Origin: Bacteroidia bacterium
GTDB lineage: Bacteria; Bacteroidota; Bacteroidia; 2-12-FULL-35-15
Direction: 5' to 3'
DNA: 64,000 bases
Assembly (NCBI GenBank): GCA_036386835.1
Contig: DASVUX010000028.1
Coordinates: 66,095-130,094, forward strand
Below, one piece after another: positions 28,525 through 37,254 of this stretch. The notes below the pieces were generated by a model. The model had not been told where the DNA came from, searched no databases, and was given only the letters and a program-made list of their open reading frames with translations. Every line of letters starts with the position of its first letter. Position 1 is the first letter of the stretch. A program made the translations under genes and the position numbers.

Positions 28525-29095
28525 TCCTGCTTATTTTATTTTCAATGAAAGAAAATAATTTAAATACAACAACCCCGATCCCCATCCCTACGATGGCTCC
28601 TGCAATGATATCAGCAGGATAATGCACACCATTATAGATCCTGCTGTAGGAAACGAACGCAGCCCAGAGAAAAACAAAAAAGCCGAAATATTTCATTTTG
28701 TTCCTGAAAAGCAGCCACAACAACATGGCGAGTGCGAATGTATTTGAAGCGTGTGAAGATATGAAACCGTACATTCCTCCACGGCCTCCGTTCAGATGGA
28801 CCTGGGAACCAATTTCACAGTTATGGCAGGGCCGGTACCTGAGAAAGATATTCTTGAAAGCATGTACGGAGATCTGATCAGCAAGTAGTATGGCCAAACC
28901 TGCTGCAATTGCAACAAGCCATACATTTTTACCATAATACTTCCAGGCGAGGAAGAGAAAAAAAAGGTAAAGCGGGATCCAGAAAAATTTATGGCTTACC
29001 CAAAACATGACCGGATCGAAAAAGGAATTGTGCTTACTGTTCAGGAACAGGAAAAGCTGTGTATCAAGATCCTTTAACGTGTTAATAATATCCAT
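28508..29095 (-). CDS. PAP2-family phosphatase (membrane), tandem with the previous gene
   Basis: 'RYRPC', 'SSHASN' and 'SRIYNGVHYPADI' motifs. Confidence 0.8.
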   Translation of the reverse strand: MDIINTLKDLDTQLFLFLNSKHNSFFDPVMFWVSHKFFWIPLYLFFLFLAWKYYGKNVWLVAIAAGLAILLADQISVHAFKNIFLRYRPCHNCEIGSQVHLNGGRGGMYGFISSHASNTFALAMLLWLLFRNKMKYFGFFVFLWAAFVSYSRIYNGVHYPADIIAGAIVGMGIGVVVFKLFSFIENKISRNEKIH

Positions 29096-29112
29096 TCCAT
29101 GTTTTAAAAGAA

Positions 29113-30138
29113 TTAATAGTCGAAACTGTTTTCCTTACTGTTCAGCTGTTTCCATATCTCATCTTTCAGCGTTACAATTCCCTGCCCCGACTGGGCCGAA
29201 ATATAATGAAGCGGGATCGTCTTATCCTTAAAACGCTTTTTCATATCCTTTTGCAATTCCGCCAGCAGCTCTTCATCCAGCATATCGCATTTGGAGATGG
29301 CGACTATCCTTTTCTTGTGAAGCAGCTCGGGATTAAACTGGTCAAGCTCATTAAGAAGGATCTTGTATTCTTTAATAATATCATTTGCATCGGCAGGAAT
29401 AAGGAACAATAAAGTGGAATTCCGCTCTATATGTCTCAGGAAGCGCAACCCGATCCCTTTTCCTTCATGGGCCCCTTCAATGATCCCGGGGATATCCGCC
29501 ATTACAAAAGATTTATAATCACGGTACTGAACAATCCCAAGATTAGGGACCAGCGTAGTAAACGGATAATTAGCGATCTCCGGCTTTGCGGCTGAAACAA
29601 CAGACAACAACGTAGATTTTCCGGCATTCGGAAAACCGACAAGTCCGACATCCGCAAGGACTTTTAGCTCCAGGATCTTCCACTCAATTCTTCCGTCTTC
29701 TCCCGGCTGTGCATATCTTGGGGTCTGGTTGGTCGATGATTTAAAATGATCATTGCCTAATCCGCCCCTTCCTCCGGGCACAATGATGATCTCCTGGCCA
29801 TCATCAGTTACTTCGGCTTCCACCTCACCTGTTTCTGCATCTTTGATGATTGTTCCCAAAGGCACTTCAAGGATCTCGTCTTTCCCTTCCTTGCCTGTCA
29901 TCCTCGCACTGCCGCCACTGCCGCCATCTTCCGCGATAACATGTTTACGGTACTTCAGGTGGATCAATGTCCAGAACTGCTTGTTCCCGCGTACGATTAT
30001 ATGACCGCCCCTGCCTCCATCACCTCCATCAGGCCCTCCTTTGGAAGTCAGTTTGCTCCTGTGCAGGTGGACAGAACCTCCGCCACCCTTTCCTGAGCGG
30101 CAGCATATTTTAACATAATCAACGAAATTTGTATCCAT
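29113..30138 (-). CDS. obg: GTPase Obg/CgtA
   Basis: Obg fold N-domain (Gly-rich) plus G1-G4 GTPase motifs ('GFPNAGKST', 'DIPG'). Confidence 0.95.
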   Translation of the reverse strand: MDTNFVDYVKICCRSGKGGGGSVHLHRSKLTSKGGPDGGDGGRGGHIIVRGNKQFWTLIHLKYRKHVIAEDGGSGGSARMTGKEGKDEILEVPLGTIIKDAETGEVEAEVTDDGQEIIIVPGGRGGLGNDHFKSSTNQTPRYAQPGEDGRIEWKILELKVLADVGLVGFPNAGKSTLLSVVSAAKPEIANYPFTTLVPNLGIVQYRDYKSFVMADIPGIIEGAHEGKGIGLRFLRHIERNSTLLFLIPADANDIIKEYKILLNELDQFNPELLHKKRIVAISKCDMLDEELLAELQKDMKKRFKDKTIPLHYISAQSGQGIVTLKDEIWKQLNSKENSFDY

Positions 30139-30203
30139 ACCCTTCTATCGTACTAATAAATGAATTAAAAACTAATTTACGAATCTGCGTTTGCAAGTCC
30201 GTG

Positions 30204-30234
30204 TGTTGTCATTTCGAGCAGAGTCGGGAAATAT
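30204..30234. repeat. Copy of the 'TGTTGTCATTTCGAGCaGAGTCGgGAAAT' intergenic repeat family
   Basis: Near-identical to 50414-50444. The first half also matches 42942-42956. Confidence 0.6.
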
Positions 30235-30260
30235 GCGCTGCACTCCGATAAGAATATACT

Positions 30261-31451
30261 CTATCTTCTTTTACTCTTAACTGTCTTCTTAGCAACTTTT
30301 TTCATAATCTTTTTTCCCACCTTTTTCACTGCCTTTTTTGGAGTAAGCTTTTTAGATGTTTTTTTAGGTACTGCTCTCCTGATGATTTTTTTAGAAGCTG
30401 TTTTTTTTATAACCTTTTTTACTGTTTTTTTTACCGCCTTTTTAACGGCTTTCTTTGCAGTTTTCTTTACAACTTTCTTTGCAGCCTTTTTCACTGTTTT
30501 TTTAACGGTAGTTTTAAAAGCTGCTTTCTTAACCGGCTTTTTTGCTGCAACTTTTTTAGATTCCATTTTCCTCGCAGCAGCTTTTTTTACGGCAGAAGGC
30601 CTTACTGCCCTAGCCGCAGTTTTAATTTTCTTTTGGGCAATTCCCTTTTTATCAGCAGGTTTCACCTGGGCTTTTGCTGCCGGTTTAACTTCTTTTTTTG
30701 CAGCAGGTTTTGAAGCCACTTTTACCTTATCCGGAGCTGCTTTCCCCGCTTTCTTCTTCGTAACTACTTTCTTTGGTTTTTCATCATCATTTGAAAAAAT
30801 ATTGGTCACCATATCCACTACTTTCGCAACAATGCCTTTCGGTTCTTCAGCAGGTTTTTCCTTTGGTGTCCTTTCGCTCTGGCTGAAATTAATCGCGTTG
30901 CACAAGCCTTCAAATATTTCATCAATGCTGCCCATACCGTGCACGGAACGATATTTATTCTGTGCCATATAATAATCCTTTAACGGTGCTGTCTTATTAT
31001 TATATTCGCTGATCCGCTTCCTGATCACTTCCTCATCACGATCATCGGGCCTGCCGCTGTTCTCACCCCTGAGGAGCAAACGCTTGGTCAGTTCCTCATC
31101 ATCCACTTCAAGTGCAAGCATCATGGAAATACCTGTATTCTTTTCTTTTAATAATTTATCAAGAGCTTCGGCCTGTGCGGTTGTCCTTGGAAAACCATCG
31201 AATATAAAACCATTTGCATCCCTGTTCTGATCAAGCTTAGAGCTGATCATCCCGATAACAACCTCATCAGGAACAAGAATCCCCTGGTCCATCAGTTTTT
31301 TTGCTTCCAGTCCAAGCTCTGTTCCTGCAGTGATCTCACCGCGAAGAATATCCCCGGTGGAAAGATGAACAAGCTGATAAGCCGAAATTAATTTTTCTGA
31401 CTGAGTTCCTTTTCCTGCACCCGGAGGGCCGAATAATACGATGTTTAACAT
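30261..31451 (-). CDS. adk: Adenylate kinase fused to a ~200-aa lysine/alanine-rich histone-H1-like C-terminal tail
   Basis: N-terminal 'LFGPPGAGKGTQSEKL' Adk, with LID and NMP regions, runs without a stop into 'KKAVKKTVKKAAKKVVKK...' repeats. Confidence 0.85.
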   Translation of the reverse strand: MLNIVLFGPPGAGKGTQSEKLISAYQLVHLSTGDILRGEITAGTELGLEAKKLMDQGILVPDEVVIGMISSKLDQNRDANGFIFDGFPRTTAQAEALDKLLKEKNTGISMMLALEVDDEELTKRLLLRGENSGRPDDRDEEVIRKRISEYNNKTAPLKDYYMAQNKYRSVHGMGSIDEIFEGLCNAINFSQSERTPKEKPAEEPKGIVAKVVDMVTNIFSNDDEKPKKVVTKKKAGKAAPDKVKVASKPAAKKEVKPAAKAQVKPADKKGIAQKKIKTAARAVRPSAVKKAAARKMESKKVAAKKPVKKAAFKTTVKKTVKKAAKKVVKKTAKKAVKKAVKKTVKKVIKKTASKKIIRRAVPKKTSKKLTPKKAVKKVGKKIMKKVAKKTVKSKRR

Positions 31452-31574
31452 GGTTATTTGAGATTTAGTGAATTAGGGATTTTATGAATAAAGTATAGGA
31501 TCTATTATGATTTACAATAATTCTCAGTAACGGTTTGCCAACTCTTCAACCCTGCAAATCTCCGACTCTATGGT

Positions 31575-32111
31575 TCAGTTATCAAGCACATAAATATCCG
31601 GCAGATTCCTTCCAAGTCCGTCATAATCCAATCCGTAACCTACAAGGAAATCATTAGGCACCACAACCGCCACGTAATCCAGTTCAATCTTTTTACGATA
31701 GGCTTCCGGTTTGTATAAAAGCGTGGCGATCTTTATTTCGGCAGGGCCCATCTCTTCGAGCTGATTAACAACCGCTTCAATAGTAAGGCCCGTATCAACA
31801 ATATCTTCAATAATCACCACAGTTCTTCCTTTTATATCTTCATTCAGGCCGATCAGCTGTTTAACAGAACCTGTTGTTGATGTGCCATGGTAAGAGGAAA
31901 CTTTCACAAATGAAATCTCGCAATCAATAGTGAGTTTCTTCATCAGGTCGGAAGCAAACATAAAAGAACCGTTCAGCACTGCAAGAAACAATGGCTTTTT
32001 ATCTTTCAGTTCAATATTCATCCTGTGGGCAAGCTCACCAACCGCTTTATTTATTTCCCCTGCAGGAATATTTACCCTGAATGTTTTATCTTTTAATGTT
32101 ACTTTACCCAT
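31575..32111 (-). CDS. hpt: Hypoxanthine phosphoribosyltransferase
   Basis: PRTase motif 'VIIEDIVDTGLT' and overall Hpt pattern. Confidence 0.9.
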   Translation of the reverse strand: MGKVTLKDKTFRVNIPAGEINKAVGELAHRMNIELKDKKPLFLAVLNGSFMFASDLMKKLTIDCEISFVKVSSYHGTSTTGSVKQLIGLNEDIKGRTVVIIEDIVDTGLTIEAVVNQLEEMGPAEIKIATLLYKPEAYRKKIELDYVAVVVPNDFLVGYGLDYDGLGRNLPDIYVLDN

Positions 32112-32235
32112 ACAGCCAATTTGAACTGCGAATTTAAGGAAAATATCCTTTAAAAAACGGGGGCTTTTTATTTTATTCTTCGCGCTAAAAAGGTAATTTT
32201 ACGGCCCTGACGACTAAAATAAAAAAACAAAATCT

Positions 32236-32748
32236 ATGACACCAAAAGTGAGCATTATCATGGGCAGCACATCAGACATGCCTATCATGCAGGAAGCTGC
32301 TAAGATCCTTAACGAATTCAAGATCCCATTTGAGATCAATGCACTGAGCGCACACCGCGTTCCTGAGCAGGTTGCCGAGTTTGCAAAAACTGCGCATTCC
32401 AAAGGGATCCGTGTAATAATTGCCGGGGCTGGCGGAGCAGCACATTTACCGGGAGTTGTTGCAGCCTTTACCCCTCTTCCTGTTATCGGTGTTCCATGCC
32501 GTTCATCCATCTCTATTGATGGCTGGGATTCTGTCCTTTCCATTCTCCAGATGCCTCCGGGAATCCCAGTTGCAACGGTCGCGCTTGATGGCGGGCAGAA
32601 TGCCGGAATCCTGGCTGTACAAATCCTGGCAGCAGGAGATGACGAGCTTCTTAAGAAAGTGCTCGATTATAAAGAGAACCTGAAAAACAAGATCCTTAAA
32701 GCAAACAAGGAGCTGTCGGAAATTAAATTCGACTATAAAACGAATTAA
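32236..32748 (+). CDS. purE: N5-carboxyaminoimidazole ribonucleotide mutase
   Basis: 'VSIIMGSTSDMPIM' and 'AGGAAHLPGVVAA' PurE motifs. Confidence 0.9.
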   Translation: MTPKVSIIMGSTSDMPIMQEAAKILNEFKIPFEINALSAHRVPEQVAEFAKTAHSKGIRVIIAGAGGAAHLPGVVAAFTPLPVIGVPCRSSISIDGWDSVLSILQMPPGIPVATVALDGGQNAGILAVQILAAGDDELLKKVLDYKENLKNKILKANKELSEIKFDYKTN

Positions 32749-32828
32749 GCACCGCTGCTATCAATTAATATTTAATTAACATCCTGCAAACGTTAGTTAG
32801 TGACCTTTGGAGTGAATTGATTTTTTAA

Positions 32829-33671
32829 ATGAAAAACACACTCGCATTAATTTTTGCTTCAGGCCTGTCTTTCCATGCAATTGCCGGAAATGAGGATTAT
32901 GCCATAGGCCCGAGGTCTGCCGCATTAGGAAATGCCTCTGTTTCATTCAGTGATGTGTGGAGCGCACACCATAACCAGGCAGGACTCGGGTTTTTAAAAG
33001 AAATCTCTGCAGGCGTATCTTATGAAAACCGGTTCCTGGTAAAGGAAATAAGTGTCCGCGGTGGTGCTGCCGCGCTTCCGTTTAAAGCCGGGACATTCGG
33101 ATTAGGCATCACCAATTTCGGTTACGCGCAGTATAGCGAGAACAAATACAGTCTTTCCTTTGCCAAAGCATTCGGGGACAAATTCTCTGCTGCTATTGCC
33201 ATGGATTACCTCAGCACAAAGATCGCTGAAGGGTATGGCACAAGAGGAACGCTCGCTGCTGAAGCCGGGATCCTTGCAAAACCAATAAAGGGCCTCAGCA
33301 TCGGTGCGCATGTTTATAATCCAACGAGATCAAAGCTGTCTGCGTATGACGATGAACGTCTTCCTACCATTATCCGCCTGGGAGCAGATTATCTCTTTTC
33401 GGACAAAGTGCGGCTCGCTGCTGAAGCACAAAAAGACATCCGCCACAAAGCAGAATTCAAGGCGGGGATTGAATACCTTCCTGTAAAAGAACTATACCTG
33501 CGTATAGGTGTCTCTACTAATCCAACACTGAGTACATTCGGCTTCGGCCTGAACCTGAAAAACCTTAAAATCGATATCGCTGCAAGCTATCACCAGGTAT
33601 TGGGGATCAGCCCCCAGCTGGGACTGTCTTATAATTTCGCAAAAAACGAAAAGAAAAGCACGGCAAATTGA
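32829..33671 (+). CDS. Outer-membrane beta-barrel protein, PorV/PorQ/FadL-like family candidate
   Basis: Signal peptide, 'GPRSAALGNASVSFSDVWS' N-terminus, and terminal 'LSYNF' barrel motif. Family assignment is tentative. Confidence 0.45.
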   Translation: MKNTLALIFASGLSFHAIAGNEDYAIGPRSAALGNASVSFSDVWSAHHNQAGLGFLKEISAGVSYENRFLVKEISVRGGAAALPFKAGTFGLGITNFGYAQYSENKYSLSFAKAFGDKFSAAIAMDYLSTKIAEGYGTRGTLAAEAGILAKPIKGLSIGAHVYNPTRSKLSAYDDERLPTIIRLGADYLFSDKVRLAAEAQKDIRHKAEFKAGIEYLPVKELYLRIGVSTNPTLSTFGFGLNLKNLKIDIAASYHQVLGISPQLGLSYNFAKNEKKSTAN

Positions 33672-35857
33672 GAAAAAACAGGCTCATAACTTCTATTTTT
33701 TTCCCGCGATTCCGGAAGCCCGGTACTGCCTTGTTATGGCTTGCTCTTTTTCTCGTGGATGCAACACGCTCATCCGGACAGGATACAATCATTCCTAAAA
33801 TTGAAGACAATGATATTCAGCAGCAGCTGGAAAACATTACAGAGAACAGCCAGAATGAGGATGCCGATTACACGAACCTTCTTGAAGCGCTGCACCAGTA
33901 CAAAGAACATCCGATCAACCTGAACAATACCACAAAAGAAGAATTACAGCAGCTGCAGTTATTGAGTGATATCCAGATCAATCACTTGTTCCAACACATT
34001 AAGAAGAACGGCCGGCTTTTAACAATCTATGAAATCCAGGGCATCAGTGGCTTTGACCTGCAAACGATCCAGAAGATATTGCCTTACGTCAGGGTTTCCG
34101 ACAATTTCAACTCTGCGCATTTCGGATTAAAAGAAATGTTCAGGGATGGCTCGCATACCGTCACCCTGCGCTATGCACGTGTGATCGAAGAGCTGGGCGG
34201 ATTCACTCCAATTGACAGCGCGAAGCTTTACAGCAGCCAGAACTCGCGATATATCGGAAGCCCGGACCGGCTTTATGCACGCTATCGTTTTTCATACGGT
34301 ACAAATGTGAGCTGGGGAATAACCGCTGAGAAAGACCAGGGTGAGCTTTTCTTTAAGGACAGGCAGCGTTTTAAATACGACTGGTATGAAGAAGGATTAA
34401 AAGGAAATCAAAGAACAGGATTTGATTTTTATTCTGCACACTTCTTTATCCGGAATGTACGTTTTATTAAAGCACTCGCAATCGGTGATTACCAGGCAAC
34501 GTTTGGGCAGGGCCTCACCATGTGGAGCGGGTATGCTTTTGGAAAAAGCTCTGATATCATGAGTACTAAAAAATCTGCTGCCGGTATCAGGCCATATACT
34601 TCAGTGGATGAAAACAGGTTCCTGAGAGGCGGGGCAGCCACCTTCGGACATAAGAAATTTGAAGCGACAGCATTCTATTCACAAAAAAAAGTTGATGCAA
34701 ATATCACAGATACCCTTGAGAATGGTGAAGCCGCTGCAATATCCTCCCTGCAGGAAACAGGTTACCACAGCACTATAAGCGAGATAGCCGATAAGCATGC
34801 GATCACACAATCAATATATGGTGGAAATATCGGATACAAAGGCACGCAATTCAACATCGGGCTTACAGGGATGTATTATGGACTAAATACCATGTACACT
34901 AAAAGCTTAACCACCTATAACCAGTTCGATTTCGCTTCGCGTGAAAACATAAACATCGGGCTTGATTATAATTTTGTCATCCGGAATTTTAATTTCTTCG
35001 GTGAAGAAGCAATCAGCAAAAATGGAGGAAAAGCATTTGTAAACGGGATCCTGGTCAGCCTTGATCCGCGGTTATCCTTTACACTTACACACCGGTACTA
35101 TGAGCCTAATTTCCAGAACCTGCTAAGCAACGGATTTGCCGAGAACACCATTGCTGCAAATGAAAAAGGATTGTATGCAGGGATCGTTGCCAGACCCACA
35201 TCACGCATAACACTGACCGCTTATTACGATCGCTTTGAATTTCCATGGCTCAGGTCACAGGTCAATGCACCATCGAGGGGAACGGACTACATGGCGCAGA
35301 TCAATTATACCCCTTCAAAAAGGTTTGATGCATATTTTAAGATCAGGTCGAGGACTAAATTTAAGAATACAGCAGCTGACATTGATGAGATCGATTTTAT
35401 AGTTCCATATACCCAAACGAATTACAGGATCAATACTTCCTTTTCTGTACTGCCTTCTGTAAAATTAAAGAACAGGCTGGAATTTGTTGACTACAGGATC
35501 GATGACGGAAAAACCAATAAAGGATTCTTGATTTACCAGGATATTACCTACAGTAAAGTTGGAAGCAAATTTTCCGCCAGCTTACGCTATGCCTTATTTC
35601 AGACAGACAATTATGATACAAGGATTTACGCCTACGAAAATGAGATCCCGGGTGTTTTTTCTATCCCGGCTTATTATGAGCGGGGACAAAAATTCTATAT
35701 ACTTGTAGATTACAATGTTACCCGCAGGATTGAGGTATGGCTGAGATATTCCCAGGTTGTTTATGATAACAGGAAAGTGATCTCTGAAGGTTCACTTACT
35801 GCAATTAATGGCAACATCAAGTCAGAGGTAAAGGCACAGGTTAGATTTAAATTTTAA
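33668..35857 (+). CDS. Helix-hairpin-helix (ComEA-like) domain protein with a large predicted outer-membrane beta-barrel
   Basis: Signal peptide. Tandem HhH segments ('TKEELQQLQLLSDIQINHL', 'TIYEIQGISGFDLQTIQKI'). About 550 aa of alternating strands ending 'VRFKF'. ATGA overlap with the upstream barrel gene. Confidence 0.65.
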   Translation: MRKNRLITSIFFPRFRKPGTALLWLALFLVDATRSSGQDTIIPKIEDNDIQQQLENITENSQNEDADYTNLLEALHQYKEHPINLNNTTKEELQQLQLLSDIQINHLFQHIKKNGRLLTIYEIQGISGFDLQTIQKILPYVRVSDNFNSAHFGLKEMFRDGSHTVTLRYARVIEELGGFTPIDSAKLYSSQNSRYIGSPDRLYARYRFSYGTNVSWGITAEKDQGELFFKDRQRFKYDWYEEGLKGNQRTGFDFYSAHFFIRNVRFIKALAIGDYQATFGQGLTMWSGYAFGKSSDIMSTKKSAAGIRPYTSVDENRFLRGGAATFGHKKFEATAFYSQKKVDANITDTLENGEAAAISSLQETGYHSTISEIADKHAITQSIYGGNIGYKGTQFNIGLTGMYYGLNTMYTKSLTTYNQFDFASRENINIGLDYNFVIRNFNFFGEEAISKNGGKAFVNGILVSLDPRLSFTLTHRYYEPNFQNLLSNGFAENTIAANEKGLYAGIVARPTSRITLTAYYDRFEFPWLRSQVNAPSRGTDYMAQINYTPSKRFDAYFKIRSRTKFKNTAADIDEIDFIVPYTQTNYRINTSFSVLPSVKLKNRLEFVDYRIDDGKTNKGFLIYQDITYSKVGSKFSASLRYALFQTDNYDTRIYAYENEIPGVFSIPAYYERGQKFYILVDYNVTRRIEVWLRYSQVVYDNRKVISEGSLTAINGNIKSEVKAQVRFKF

Positions 35858-35861
35858 AGAA

Positions 35862-37253
35862 ATGGCTTCCCGGATTAAACAGTTGCGTACCTCTTTGAAA
35901 TGGATCGGGTTTTATATCCCCTTCACGCTTTACTGCGCATTATTCATACTCACCTGTTTTCTTGGTTATTCCTGGCTGCAAACCAAAGCAGGCATTCCTG
36001 ATTCCGCATATAAAGATATATTCTCACTCCTCCTGAGGTTCACTGCCGGCTTTTGTATCATTTTACTGTCCATTGCCTTTATAACAGCATTTATTCCACT
36101 GGTCTATTTCCTCATTAAGAAAAACAAGCAGCGGATCAGCTTTGAGATTAATACTCCTGCCAAAGCAGAAAAAACTTCAGCAGGGCAGCCTATTGTGATC
36201 CGCCTCCTTCCGGTGCTTAAACCTCTTCTTGGTTTTGTTAAGATCAGGCTAAAATATGGCCCGGACCATTTCTCTGAGAAATTCACACTGATTGATGCTT
36301 CTTCCAAAAAACTATTCAGCAATGAACTGAACGGCACGTATTATTGGCGGCTGCCCGAAATCAGGGAATACAAGATCGACAAGGCCGTTATATTCTTCGA
36401 GGACTTTTTCCAGTTCTTTTCCTTCGCAATACCGCTGAATACCAAGAATAATTTCCATACGTATCCTGTAGCAAGCCGAACAGAAGGAATTGCTGCCTTC
36501 CCGAGAAAAACAGAAGAAACCAGCATTCGCATCGAGGAGATCAAGAAGGTAGAAGGCGAACACATAAATTATAAGAATTTTGAAAGCAATGATGATGTGA
36601 GGCGTATCGTATGGAAGATCTATGCTAAAAACAAAGAGCTGGTAGTCAGGATCCCGGAAGTAATGGATCCTTATGCCTCTCACCTGTATCTTTATGCGTC
36701 CTTTTTTTCAAGCTTCGATATCAGGGACAATGAAGTGATCAATTCTCCTTTCCTGAATTATTATAAAACCATCTGCTGGTCGGTTTACAAGCAATTTGCG
36801 GCCAAAGGTTTTGATGTAAAATATATTCCGGACCAGGACATCCCGCAAAACAGGATGGAGAATGATGAAGAGCAAACACGTTATGCTATCAGCGTGAGCA
36901 GCTGGCATACAGAGAAACAACTGCGGGATCATGTTAAAGCCAAAGATGCATCACTCGTAATCATCTCATCGCTCAGCAACCCTGAACAGGTGAAGCACCT
37001 GCTCGAAGGTTCGGGATCTGAAATTACATTTGTATTTGTTCCGCTTACGGAAGGATTGAGTAAACAACACCTGGGCGACTGGCTCCAATGGCTTTTCGTT
37101 CAGCAGGAAAAAGATTCAACAGCCGTTCATAAAAGTGCGTGGAGCCTTTCACTATTGCGGTTAAAGATCATTAAAAATGAGAAACAGCTGAAACAATTGC
37201 TTGACATGCATGAACGTTCGGCAATTCTTCATAAAACACTTCAAGGTAAATAA
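35862..37253 (+). CDS. DUF58-family protein (MoxR-associated) with N-terminal TM segments
   Basis: 'NYKNFESNDDVRRIVWKIYAKNKELVVRIPE' matches the DUF58 'Y..GDD.RRIDWK...R...L.VRE.E' signature. Confidence 0.7.
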   Translation: MASRIKQLRTSLKWIGFYIPFTLYCALFILTCFLGYSWLQTKAGIPDSAYKDIFSLLLRFTAGFCIILLSIAFITAFIPLVYFLIKKNKQRISFEINTPAKAEKTSAGQPIVIRLLPVLKPLLGFVKIRLKYGPDHFSEKFTLIDASSKKLFSNELNGTYYWRLPEIREYKIDKAVIFFEDFFQFFSFAIPLNTKNNFHTYPVASRTEGIAAFPRKTEETSIRIEEIKKVEGEHINYKNFESNDDVRRIVWKIYAKNKELVVRIPEVMDPYASHLYLYASFFSSFDIRDNEVINSPFLNYYKTICWSVYKQFAAKGFDVKYIPDQDIPQNRMENDEEQTRYAISVSSWHTEKQLRDHVKAKDASLVIISSLSNPEQVKHLLEGSGSEITFVFVPLTEGLSKQHLGDWLQWLFVQQEKDSTAVHKSAWSLSLLRLKIIKNEKQLKQLLDMHERSAILHKTLQGK

Positions 37254-37254
37254 G

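Noticed and set aside
30382-30972. 196-aa plus-strand ORF ('MIFLEAVFFITFFTVFF...')
   Set aside because: It is antisense to the adk KAKK-repeat tail. The poly-Phe/Leu translation is what the reverse complement of AAG/GCN repeats produces. The Adk fusion frame is the coherent one.
36312-36683. Minus-strand ORFs inside the DUF58 gene (36104-36337, 36312-36683, 36708-36932)
   Set aside because: They overlap a plus-strand gene that has a clear DUF58 signature and so are spurious.
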